From Alphaproteobacteria bacterium (lineage in GTDB: Bacteria; Pseudomonadota; Alphaproteobacteria; UBA2136; UBA6156), in NCBI GenBank assembly GCA_020249005.1, contig JADCGN010000005.1, positions 1 through 44,097 of the forward strand: a DNA stretch of 44,097 nucleotides. The letters are read 5' to 3'. Made by a program: the position numbers and the translations under genes. Shown here in pieces: positions 7,502-16,044 of this stretch. How positions within the stretch are numbered: position 1 is the first letter of the stretch; every line of letters begins with the position of its first letter. The notes under the pieces are model-generated. The model had not been told where the DNA came from. It saw only the letters and a list, made by a program, of their open reading frames with translations, and ran no database searches.

Positions 7502-8932
7502 ATGGCAAACTCTCAGCTTTTCCTGCCGGCCGACCTGATGAGCCGGCATTGCCTTGGCGTGGCGGCCACCGGGAGTGGGAAGAGTAACTTCCTGAATTTA
7601 ATTCTGAAACAGCAGATGATGCGCGGGGGCGGTGTCATTCATATCGACGGGAAGAACAACAAGGACGCGATCCGTGAGTTCTTAACGCTCGCCAAGCAGC
7701 ACAACCGCTGGCACGACGTGCGGATCATTAACATCGACGACGCGGCCCATTCCAATACTTACAATCCGTTGCTGCGCGGGGATGCCGAAGAAATCACCAC
7801 GCGGATCATGCTGCTGCTGCAGGGGGGTGGAAAGGACAGCTACTTTCGCAGCCAAGCGGGGAAGGCCGTGGGTGCGATTATCGGACTCATGCGGGATATG
7901 GGCCTGCCCTTTAACTTCAGTGATTTGAATGCGGTGTTCAGCAGCGAAAGCCTGCTGCGCTACCTGCTGAAGGAGGGACCGAAGGATACCGAAAGTTATG
8001 CGAAGTTCCGGATTTTCTTCGACCAACTGCACGAGGACGACAAACGCACCGGGATGCGGGTACTCAACACCAAGGTCTTTCAGCATACCTTTGGCGACTT
8101 AACCGGGAAAATCGCCAGCTACGACCGTGGCGAAGCTGGGCGGGTGCTCAACGCCTACAACCCAGAGGTGGACCTGCTGCGGGCCATTAAGGAAAACCAA
8201 TTGGTTTACATTGGCTTGCCGATGCTTTCCAAGGCCGAGGTGGCGAGCGACTTTGCCAAGATTCTGCTCTCTGACCTGCGCACCGCGGTGGGGCAACTGC
8301 AGAATATTCCGCCCGAAGAACGCCCTAGCCCAACTTTTTTGGTGTTGATGGACGAGTTCAGCAGTTACGCGATGTCGACCCTCGCCCCGTTGTTCGAACA
8401 GGCCCGCAGCGCCAATATCAGCCTGTTTCCGTTCATTCAGACGATTAGTTCGCTGTCCGACAAAGACCGCGGCCTGAGCCAAGACTTTGCCTATAAGATT
8501 TTGGGGAACACGCTGAGCAAGATCAGCTTTGGTTTGAAAGACCCCGAAAGCGCGGAAATGATGAGCAAAATGGCGGGGCAAGCGCTCAAAGAGTTCGTCA
8601 GCCAGAGCTACAGCGAAAATCTGGGCTTTGCCAGCGGTGACCAGGATGCTAGCATGCTGCTGACCACCAACCGCGGCCGGGGGTACAGCAAGAGCACGCG
8701 GGTGGAATATGATGCCGTGGCTCGCCCGGAGGATTTCACCAACCTTAAGACTGGGGAGGCCATCTATATGGGCCCCAGCGGGGTGATGAGGCTGAAGGTG
8801 CCGTTTGTGAAGCTGAAGAAAGACGGTGACGCGCTGGATTTTCCCCGCTTCCGCATGCCCCTGGTGCCGGGCATTGGCTTGGCCGAAAAATACGGGCAAT
8901 TCGCCGTCGGTAGCCCAGAACGGAGAGGGTAA
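7502..8932 (+). CDS. Type IV coupling protein-like P-loop ATPase (TraD/TraG/VirD4 superfamily) lacking its own transmembrane region
   Basis: Walker A GVAATGSGKS at residues 20-29, Walker B PTFLVLMDEFSSYA, and the downstream FEQARSANISLFPFIQTISSL pattern typical of TraG/VirD4-type coupling ATPases. No hydrophobic N-terminus. Confidence 0.7.
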   Translation: MANSQLFLPADLMSRHCLGVAATGSGKSNFLNLILKQQMMRGGGVIHIDGKNNKDAIREFLTLAKQHNRWHDVRIINIDDAAHSNTYNPLLRGDAEEITTRIMLLLQGGGKDSYFRSQAGKAVGAIIGLMRDMGLPFNFSDLNAVFSSESLLRYLLKEGPKDTESYAKFRIFFDQLHEDDKRTGMRVLNTKVFQHTFGDLTGKIASYDRGEAGRVLNAYNPEVDLLRAIKENQLVYIGLPMLSKAEVASDFAKILLSDLRTAVGQLQNIPPEERPSPTFLVLMDEFSSYAMSTLAPLFEQARSANISLFPFIQTISSLSDKDRGLSQDFAYKILGNTLSKISFGLKDPESAEMMSKMAGQALKEFVSQSYSENLGFASGDQDASMLLTTNRGRGYSKSTRVEYDAVARPEDFTNLKTGEAIYMGPSGVMRLKVPFVKLKKDGDALDFPRFRMPLVPGIGLAEKYGQFAVGSPERRG

Positions 8933-8935
8933 TCA

Positions 8936-9226
8936 ATGTCTTGGATTGAGCGCTTGGCCCATTTTTATGTGAATGTGGTGGAACCGATCGCCCAAGTGCT
9001 GTTGGTGCTGATTGTGGTAATCTTGCTGCTTGGGATTATTAACTTTATTCGCGATCCAAAGGCCAAGGAAAATCTGATTAAAACCCTCATTAACTTGATT
9101 ATGAAGACCCTTAAGCTGAGTTTGGTCACGTTGGGCGCGTTGTTGAAAGGAACCTTGGAATTGTTGCAAAAATCCATCAAGGTTATTTTTGCAGCATTTC
9201 GTGACTTCTTTAGCTCGAAAATCTGA
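8936..9226 (+). CDS. Small membrane protein, unknown function
   Basis: ATG at 8936 preceded by GGAGAGGG. One strong TM helix (IAQVLLVLIVVILLLGIINFI). Visibly AT-rich; a hand count of row 9001-9060 gives 24/60 G+C. Confidence 0.55.
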   Translation: MSWIERLAHFYVNVVEPIAQVLLVLIVVILLLGIINFIRDPKAKENLIKTLINLIMKTLKLSLVTLGALLKGTLELLQKSIKVIFAAFRDFFSSKI

Positions 9227-9280
9227 TTGCAGCCGCCTTGAACTCTGTTAGCATGCCCTTACCAAGAAGAGGGGCAGGCG

Positions 9281-10276
9281 ATGGGCCAGGCATTCCAAAA
9301 CAATGAGAAAAACCCAGCTGGGGCAGCGCGGTTGCCTTGGCTTCCCGCATTGGCAGGTGTGGCATTCCTGGCAGCTTGCCAGCCGATGTTGGGGCGGGCA
9401 CCGGGCCAGCCGGTGGTGCAGGCGGCTTATCAGGCTGAAGACACCAGCCTGAACGCGCTGCAGCCAGCGGCCGGCCCGCAGCAGTCTCAGGCGGCCTACC
9501 CCCAACCGATGCCCCAGGCCTATGCCCCCATGCCTTATCAAGCGGGCTACCCCATGTATCCCACCAATGCGTTGAGCACGTTGGAAGGCAACCAGCAGGC
9601 CCTGCAGCAGCGCTTGGAGCGGATTGAACAGGCCTTGCTCCGGCTCGACAAACGCATGCAGCTGGTGGAACGCAATGAACTGGGCCGGATGAGTGGCGCC
9701 AACCCGGCCAGTGTGCCCACCACGCCTGACGTGCTTGGCCAAGCCCCGACGGCCATCCCGTTGGCACAAACGGTGCGGCAGGCCATGCGGGAAGACTGGG
9801 GCAGCGATATTCTGCCCCCCAGCCTGGCCGCCGGCGTGGCGCAGGCGCCCGAAGCGCCGCCCTATGCCGCCGGCTTTGCCCCCGTGAGCCAAGTTGATAC
9901 CACCATCCGCAGCACACTGCAGGCGGCGCCCAACCGGCTCCCTTCATTGGCCGACCAAACCCCGGCGGCAGCCGGGCGGATTCCGCAAAGCGCCGGCAAC
10001 ATGGCGGTCTGGACGGTACGCTACGAGCCGAGCAAGGTTTGGCCCGACCGTAGCCAACTGGCGGCCAGCCGCGGCGTGGTGGAGCTGTTGCGGAACTCGC
10101 AAACCGTCACCTTGGTGGCGCGCGGCCCCAATCCTACCCGGCCGGAATTCCAGGAACGCGTGCGGGCGCTCTCCCGCTATTTATCGAAGGTGGCGGCGCT
10201 GGAAACGGTGCCGATCAGTACCTTGGCCACACCGCAGCTGGATGCCGATACCATTGAAGTGCTGGCCACGCCCTAA
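9281..10276 (+). CDS. Lipoprotein with a Pro/Gln-rich region and a coiled-coil segment, unknown function
   Basis: Lipobox AFLAAC after a positively charged N-terminus. Coiled-coil-like LEGNQQALQQRLERIEQALLRLDKRMQLVERNEL. A C-terminal globular part of about 90 aa. No family recognised. Confidence 0.6.
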   Translation: MGQAFQNNEKNPAGAARLPWLPALAGVAFLAACQPMLGRAPGQPVVQAAYQAEDTSLNALQPAAGPQQSQAAYPQPMPQAYAPMPYQAGYPMYPTNALSTLEGNQQALQQRLERIEQALLRLDKRMQLVERNELGRMSGANPASVPTTPDVLGQAPTAIPLAQTVRQAMREDWGSDILPPSLAAGVAQAPEAPPYAAGFAPVSQVDTTIRSTLQAAPNRLPSLADQTPAAAGRIPQSAGNMAVWTVRYEPSKVWPDRSQLAASRGVVELLRNSQTVTLVARGPNPTRPEFQERVRALSRYLSKVAALETVPISTLATPQLDADTIEVLATP

Positions 10277-10455
10277 CGGGCCTTAACGGGCGAAAGAATA
10301 ATCGTGCTGGAGTTGGTGGCAGCCCCTTGTGGGAACGCCATGGCTGGCCCTAAGGTAGGATCTGTTGCAGCTGGTTAGCTGTGGCGACTCTGGAACGGTG
10401 AGGCGTGCGTGTCTTCCCGTTCAAAGTGCGTAATAACAATGGAGCACCTACCCCC

Positions 10456-11097
10456 ATGAGCGATGGCCAATTCCCCTCAGCCAACCCCGCCGCCCCCCAA
10501 TCCCCCATTTCCGCCGGGAACGAAAGCAGCTTTGAAGCCGCCCTTGGCGCCGTGTTGAACAAGTATATGAACAAGGGCAATCCGCAGTTTCGGGCCCGTT
10601 TGCTGAACCAGATGGTGCAGCTGGCGCGTCACGGCAACTTTGCCGAGACCTTCATCCGTACCACGCCGGAAGGCACCGACATGGTGAACTTTGCCCGCCT
10701 GTGGGAGTACGTGCTGGTGCAGGCCGACCGCGGCACCCGTGGCTATGTGGCCAAAAACAGCCGCGCCGAATTTGAACTGACGCGCAAGGACTTTGAAGAT
10801 TGCGTGGAGTTTATGGTGGCCCGCCTGCAGGCCGCCAGCAAGCGCCACAAGCTGGATCTCAGCGGCACCAACTTTATTTCCCGCGTGGCCCAACGCTATG
10901 GCATTGCCGAGAAGGTACGTAAGGGCCCAGCCCAAACCCCGCCGCAGCAGCCCAAAGCCGTGGCTGCCCAACCGGCGGCGGCGCCCCAACCAGTCGCCGC
11001 GGTGCCCGCCCCAGCCATGGTGAGCGAAGAGCCCGCCGCCAAGCCCAAGCGGGTGGCCAAGCCCAAGGTTGAAATGCCGGACGTGGATGCCCTCTAA
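10456..11097 (+). CDS. Hypothetical cytoplasmic protein with a Pro/Ala/Lys-rich tail
   Basis: ATG at 10456 (MSDGQFPS...) with GGAG 11 nt upstream. High third-position G+C. The 3' end overlaps the xseA start by 11 nt. Confidence 0.55.
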   Translation: MSDGQFPSANPAAPQSPISAGNESSFEAALGAVLNKYMNKGNPQFRARLLNQMVQLARHGNFAETFIRTTPEGTDMVNFARLWEYVLVQADRGTRGYVAKNSRAEFELTRKDFEDCVEFMVARLQAASKRHKLDLSGTNFISRVAQRYGIAEKVRKGPAQTPPQQPKAVAAQPAAAPQPVAAVPAPAMVSEEPAAKPKRVAKPKVEMPDVDAL

Positions 11098-12274
11098 CGG
11101 GGACGTGTTGGCCGAGCCGTTGACGGTTTCGGCCGTCAGCGCCTTGGTGCGCGGGCAGGTGGAGGCCGTGGGCCCGGTTACGGTGGTGGGGGAACTTTCC
11201 GCCCCCAAAGTACACAGCAGCGGCCATTTTTATGCCGACTTGAAAGATGCCTCCAATACCCTGGCCGTGGTCGCTTGGCGCAGCACGGTGGAGCGCTGGG
11301 CCGGCATCCCGACCCACGGCCAGCTGGTGGAAGTGCGCGGCAAGCTGACGACCTACCCGGCCCGCAGCAGCTACCAATTGCAAATCACCAGCCTGCAACC
11401 GGCCGGGCAGGGGGCCTTGCTGGCCCAGCTGGAAGCTTTGAAAGCCAAGCTGCAGGCCGAAGGCCTGTTTGCCGCCGAACGCAAGCGCCCGTTGCCGTTC
11501 CTGCCCGCGCGGATTGGCATTGTCACCAGCCCCACCGGGGCGGTGATTGCCGATATGCTGGCGCGCATTCAGGCGCGCTGTCCGCGGCCGGTGTTGTTGG
11601 CGCCCACCGCGGTGCAGGGGCCGGAAGCGCCGGGCCAAATCGCGGCGGCGATTGCCGCCTTGCATGCGCTTCCCATGGAACAACGGCCCGAACTTATCAT
11701 CGTGGCCCGGGGTGGCGGCAGCTTGGAAGACCTGATGGCCTTTAACAGCGAACAGGTGGTGCGGGCGGTGGCGGCCAGCGTAATTCCGGTGATTTCCGGG
11801 GTGGGCCACGAGCCGGACGTGACGCTGTGTGATTTTGCCGCCGACGTCCGCGCCGCCACCCCCACCGCCGCCGCCGAATTGACCGTGCCGGTGCGGGCCG
11901 ATTTGTTAGCCACCTTGGCGGCCGAGCAGGCCAGTCTGCAGCGTATGGTGCAGCAACAGCTGGCCCTGCTGCACACCCGCGTAGCCACCGCCCAACGGCT
12001 GTTGCCTGAACCGACGCGCCTGTTGTTACAGGCCAATCAACGCTTAGGAGACCTGGGCCAACGGCTGCACCACAGCGGCCCACAGGCGGTGCGCCAGGCG
12101 CGCCAGGCGCTGACCCAGGCCGAGCGCGTGTTGGCCGCCCATCACCCGGAAGCGCCGCTGCAGCGTGGCTATGTTTTGCTCTGGCGCGATGGCGCGGTGC
12201 TGGCTGCCGACAGTGCACCGGGGCCCGCCGAGGTGCAATTTGCCCACGGACGCCGCCGCGCAACCTTGCATTAA
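11087..12274 (+). CDS. xseA: Exodeoxyribonuclease VII large subunit
   Basis: OB-fold N-terminus LTVSAVSALVRGQVEAVGPVTVVGELS...HSSGHFYADLKD, followed by RIGIVTSPTGAVIADM and IIVARGGGSLEDLMAFN, typical of XseA. I chose the ATG at 11087; the track start at 11069 is a TTG. Confidence 0.88.
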   Translation: MPSNGDVLAEPLTVSAVSALVRGQVEAVGPVTVVGELSAPKVHSSGHFYADLKDASNTLAVVAWRSTVERWAGIPTHGQLVEVRGKLTTYPARSSYQLQITSLQPAGQGALLAQLEALKAKLQAEGLFAAERKRPLPFLPARIGIVTSPTGAVIADMLARIQARCPRPVLLAPTAVQGPEAPGQIAAAIAALHALPMEQRPELIIVARGGGSLEDLMAFNSEQVVRAVAASVIPVISGVGHEPDVTLCDFAADVRAATPTAAAELTVPVRADLLATLAAEQASLQRMVQQQLALLHTRVATAQRLLPEPTRLLLQANQRLGDLGQRLHHSGPQAVRQARQALTQAERVLAAHHPEAPLQRGYVLLWRDGAVLAADSAPGPAEVQFAHGRRRATLH

Positions 12275-12300
12275 CCCCGCCGCTTCGGCACAGTGCGGCC

Positions 12301-13140
12301 ATGAAAATGGTCTGGATTTGCTTGGGGTGGGCGGCGTTGCTGCCGGGGGTGGTGGCAGCCGAAGTGAAGGTCGCGGCGCAAACCTTGCGGCAAGGGGGGT
12401 TTACCCTGCTCCAAGTACCGGTCAGCAGCACCGTGCGGCTGGGGGGGGCGGCGGTGCCTGTGGTGCCGCAGGGCGGGCAGGCCTACGCCCTGTTGGGGTT
12501 TGACCGCAAGGAAGCCGCCACGCGGTGGCTGGAAATCTGCCCCCCCGCGGCCGCTTGCACCACCCAGAAAATAACGGTGGCCAGCCGTACCTACCAAACC
12601 CAGAATGTGAGGGGCGTGGGCAAGGCCCACCGTGAGCCCGATCCTCACGCGCTGAAGCAAATGGCCGCCGATAACGCCGCCATCGCCGCCGCACGCCGCG
12701 CCACGCTGGCGGCAGCCACCCGCGGTGAGGTGGCCGGCGGCCTGGGCTTCCTGGAACGCTTCCGCCGGCCCAGCGTGGGCCCCATTACCGGGGTTTACGG
12801 CAGCGCGCGGTTGTTTGATGGGGCAGAGCGCAGCTGGCATAAGGGGGTGGATTACGCGGCCCCCACCGGCACCCCCGTGGTGGCCCCGGCAGCGGGCGTG
12901 GTGCGCTTGGCCCGCAGCACCTTCATGAGCGGGAATTTGGTGATGCTCGACCACGGCGCCAACCTGACCAGCCTGTATGCGCATCTTGATACCATGGCCG
13001 TGAAAGTTGGCCAGGTGGTGCAGGCGGGCGACCGCTTGGGCACCGTTGGTACCACCGGGCGCAGCAGCGGCCCGCACCTACATTGGGGCCTGTATGTGGG
13101 CCCTGTGGCGCTTGATCCGCAGTTCTGGGTGGCAAAATAA
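12301..13140 (+). CDS. M23 family metallopeptidase (secreted)
   Basis: Signal peptide, then HKGVDYAAPTGTPVVAPAAGVV...LDHGANLTSLYAHL...GTTGRSSGPHLHWGL, which are the HxxxD and HxH M23 motifs. Confidence 0.85.
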   Translation: MKMVWICLGWAALLPGVVAAEVKVAAQTLRQGGFTLLQVPVSSTVRLGGAAVPVVPQGGQAYALLGFDRKEAATRWLEICPPAAACTTQKITVASRTYQTQNVRGVGKAHREPDPHALKQMAADNAAIAAARRATLAAATRGEVAGGLGFLERFRRPSVGPITGVYGSARLFDGAERSWHKGVDYAAPTGTPVVAPAAGVVRLARSTFMSGNLVMLDHGANLTSLYAHLDTMAVKVGQVVQAGDRLGTVGTTGRSSGPHLHWGLYVGPVALDPQFWVAK

Positions 13141-13194
13141 GCGGCCCCGGCCGGGGTGGTTGCAGCGGCTGGCCCAACGCCCTACGCTGAAGCC

Positions 13195-13614
13195 ATGATC
13201 AAGTGGACCCTCGCGCTGCTGACCGCCGCCCTGGTGCTGGCGCTGACCGCGAATTTCTTTGCCAACGGCGGCGCGGGCTTTGGCTTGCCGATTCACCCGT
13301 ACGTCTATTACACCGTCGGCGGTTTGGCCCTGGCGATTCCGGCCTTTTGGGCCGCGGCACACCTGTGCATGGGGGCGGTGATGGGGATTACCGGCGGCGG
13401 CTTGAAGGAAGGCTTGAAATTGGGCCTGATGCTCGGGGTTGGGATGGCGCTGGGCCGCAGCTGGCTGAATGTGGCCGCGGTGGGCGCCGGAATCTTGGCC
13501 GGGCAGGGGCCACTGCTGTGGGCGATCATCGCCTTGGGCCTATCCGCACTATTGTTTGCGCTGAACTGGGCGATTGATTACTTCTGGCATCACCACGAAG
13601 GCCCCGCCGCTTAA
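13195..13614 (+). CDS. Gly/Ala-rich polytopic membrane protein, unknown function
   Basis: ATG at 13195 (MIKWTLALLTAALVLALT...). Four predicted hydrophobic helices. The track start at 13156 is a GTG. Confidence 0.55.
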   Translation: MIKWTLALLTAALVLALTANFFANGGAGFGLPIHPYVYYTVGGLALAIPAFWAAAHLCMGAVMGITGGGLKEGLKLGLMLGVGMALGRSWLNVAAVGAGILAGQGPLLWAIIALGLSALLFALNWAIDYFWHHHEGPAA

Positions 13615-13643
13615 ATGCGCATCAACAGGCGGTGAACGGCCGT

Positions 13644-14657
13644 TCAACGGCCGAGCTTGACGGCCAGCCCGGCGAGTAAACTGGGCCAGTCCGCCCCGCT
13701 GACCGTGGTTTCCACCACCTGCGCAAAGCCTTGGGGAAGCTTGGCTGCATCCTTGCTGGTGGTGGCCAGCCGTGCATGTTGGGCCTGGGCTTCGCGTTGC
13801 AGGGCGGCCAGCTGGGCCGGGCGGTAGCGTACATGGTCGGGCAGCGCCACCGTGGTGGCGAGCGTCAGCCCCGCTTGGCGGAGACTGCTGAAGAATTTTT
13901 CGGGGTGCCCCAACCCCGCAAACGCCACCACCGGATGACCCTGCAGCGGGGCTAGGCTGGCGGCGGTGGGCTGCACCTGCACGCGGTAGGCCACCAGGCC
14001 GTAGTAGGGCAAGGCTTGGCCGGGCGGGGTGGGGGGTTCGTTCAGCACCACCGCCCAGCTGGCGCGCGTCCGCCCGGCCAACGGCTCACGCAGCGGCCCG
14101 GCGGGCAGGCACAGGCCATTGCCGAAAGGCTGCGGTTGGTGCTGTCCGGCCGGGGGGTGGCCGTTCAGCACCAGCAAATCAGCATCCCGCGCCACGTCGC
14201 GCCGTTGGAAGCCGTCATCCAGAATGATGAGCCCCGCACCGGCCGCTTCGGCCCGCCGCACCACGCTGGGGCGGTGCCGCCCCACCCACACCTGCACCCC
14301 CCGCGGCAGGGCGCGGAACAGTGCCAGCGCCTCATCGCCCACCTGAGCGGCGGTGTGTTGAAAGGTGACTTGCAGCGGATCATGCGCCTCATGCCCGCCG
14401 TAGCCGCGCAGCACCACCGCCACCTGCAGGCCTTGTGTGGCATAGTGCTGGGCCAAGGCCTGCACCAGCGGGGTTTTGCCGCTGCCGCCCACCGTGAGAT
14501 TGCCAACCGAGATGACGGGCACCGCCGCGTAATACGCACGCTTGGCGCGCCACGCCCCATGCCGGACCGCCACCGCGCCATAGAGCGCCGCCAGCGGCCA
14601 CAGCAGGGCGGCGGGCAAGGTGAGGTGGGGTTGCCACCAGAAGGCCGGGCTTTTCAT
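13644..14657 (-). CDS. lpxK: Tetraacyldisaccharide 4'-kinase
   Basis: N-terminus MKSPAFWWQP and P-loop PVISVGNLTVGGSGKTPLV, as in LpxK. I chose the ATG at 14657; the track start at 14678 is a TTG. Confidence 0.88.
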   Translation of the reverse strand: MKSPAFWWQPHLTLPAALLWPLAALYGAVAVRHGAWRAKRAYYAAVPVISVGNLTVGGSGKTPLVQALAQHYATQGLQVAVVLRGYGGHEAHDPLQVTFQHTAAQVGDEALALFRALPRGVQVWVGRHRPSVVRRAEAAGAGLIILDDGFQRRDVARDADLLVLNGHPPAGQHQPQPFGNGLCLPAGPLREPLAGRTRASWAVVLNEPPTPPGQALPYYGLVAYRVQVQPTAASLAPLQGHPVVAFAGLGHPEKFFSSLRQAGLTLATTVALPDHVRYRPAQLAALQREAQAQHARLATTSKDAAKLPQGFAQVVETTVSGADWPSLLAGLAVKLGR

Positions 14658-14722
14658 GGTGTTATTTTCTTGCGCCAATTAAGCCAAAGAAACCCAGCCG
14701 GGGCAAGCAAAACCAACGGGCC

Positions 14723-16012
14723 TTACAGCCGGGGGGCAGGGGGCAACTGCGCCAACACCACCGCGGCGGCCAGGGTGCTGCTGCCGCCAAAAGTGGGCAT
14801 TTCCTGGAGCAGTTTGGCGCTTTGGGCCGTGCGGGCGGCGGGGTCGGTCAGCCACTGTTTAAGGGTGTTGAAAATCGCCTGATCGGATTTTTCCTGCACC
14901 AACAGCCCGCGCTGCAACAGCGCGGGCACCATGTCCATAAAGTTGAACATATGCGGCCCGCACAGGGTGGGAATGCCCAGTTTCAGGGGTTCCAGCGGGT
15001 TATGCCCGCCAATTCGCTCCAGGCTGCCGCCGATGATGGCGCAGCTGGCCAGGCGGTACCACAGTCCCAGTTCGCCCAAGGTGTCGGCCACGTAAATCTC
15101 GGTATGGCGCGGGCCGCCCAGCGTGGGCATTTCGCCCAGGCCGCGGCGCTTCACCGCCTTGGTGGCCCGCAAGGCCGCATTGGCGGCTTGGGTGCCGCGG
15201 TGCGGGTGGCGGGGCACGATCACGGTCAGCAGGTCGGGCACGGCGTCCACCAGCTGGCGGTGCAGGTCGGCCACCCGTTCTTCTTCCCCGGCATGGGTGC
15301 TGGCGGCCACCAGTACCGGGCGGCCCTGCAGCACGGTGCGGAACTTTTCAATCAGCGCGTCATCAACCGGCAGGGGTTGGGCGTCGAACTTTAAGTTGCC
15401 GCCCACCTGCACGTTGGTGGCGCCTAGGGCTTTAAGCCGCTTGGCGTCTTCCTCCCGCTGGGCCAGCACCGCCACAAAATGCTTCAGCAGCGGCCGGAAG
15501 AACCATGTGAACTTACGGTATTTGGGCCAGCTGCGGTCGGAAATGCGGCCGTTCAGCAGCACGGGTTTGGGGGCCCGCACCAGCAGCTCGGGCCAGAATT
15601 CGCTTTCCATGATCACGCTGGCATCGGGCCGCCAGTGGGCAAAGAAGCCTTCCGCTGCGCGGGCCGTGTCAATCGGCGCATACTGCATCAGGGCTTGGCC
15701 GCTGCCCGGGAGGCCAGGGGCGCGGCGCTCCAGCATCTTACGGCCAGTGGCGGTGCCGGTGGTCAGCAGCAGGTGCAGCTCGGGCCGGGCTTCGCGGATT
15801 TTCTGTATCACCGGCAAGTGGCTGACCACTTCACCCACGCTGGCGCCGTGCACCCACAGCAACGGCCCAGCGGGGCGGGGGGCTTCGGGTTGGCCCAGGC
15901 GTTCATGGAACAGGTCGCGGTCCTCACGGCCGCGCAGCACCCGCACCAGCATCACCACAAAGATGACGGGGGCAAGGAGCCATTTGAGCAGGCGGTACAG
16001 AGTCAGGGCCAT
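14723..16012 (-). CDS. waaA: 3-deoxy-D-manno-octulosonic acid (Kdo) transferase
   Basis: MALTLYRLLKWLLAPVIFVV...LLWVHGASVGEV...ATGR..., with a C-terminal GGSL...GGHNPLEP, typical of WaaA/KdtA. I chose the internal ATG at 16012; the track ORF extends 68 codons upstream into the neighbouring gene. Confidence 0.9.
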   Translation of the reverse strand: MALTLYRLLKWLLAPVIFVVMLVRVLRGREDRDLFHERLGQPEAPRPAGPLLWVHGASVGEVVSHLPVIQKIREARPELHLLLTTGTATGRKMLERRAPGLPGSGQALMQYAPIDTARAAEGFFAHWRPDASVIMESEFWPELLVRAPKPVLLNGRISDRSWPKYRKFTWFFRPLLKHFVAVLAQREEDAKRLKALGATNVQVGGNLKFDAQPLPVDDALIEKFRTVLQGRPVLVAASTHAGEEERVADLHRQLVDAVPDLLTVIVPRHPHRGTQAANAALRATKAVKRRGLGEMPTLGGPRHTEIYVADTLGELGLWYRLASCAIIGGSLERIGGHNPLEPLKLGIPTLCGPHMFNFMDMVPALLQRGLLVQEKSDQAIFNTLKQWLTDPAARTAQSAKLLQEMPTFGGSSTLAAAVVLAQLPPAPRL

Positions 16013-16044
16013 GGGTGGAAATTTCGCCTTTGGTTGTAGGCGAT

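Noticed and set aside
8099-8899. Long antisense or alternative-frame ORFs throughout the GC-rich part of the window, for example 8099-8899(-), 9210-9947(-), 10874-11809(-), 12271-13077(-), 14016-14882(+), 15123-16073(+), 21228-22100(-), 21890-22663(-), 38848-39909(-) and 39934-41244(-).
   Set aside because: Each lies opposite or out of frame to a gene with clear family motifs. Their products are Arg/Gly/Pro/Ala-rich with no motifs, the usual shadow-ORF artefact of stop-codon-poor high-GC DNA.
13634-13645. The 12-nt palindrome GAACGGCCGTTC between the convergent membrane-protein and lpxK genes.
   Set aside because: It is short, overlaps the lpxK stop and has no T-run. That is insufficient to call a terminator or a protein-binding site.
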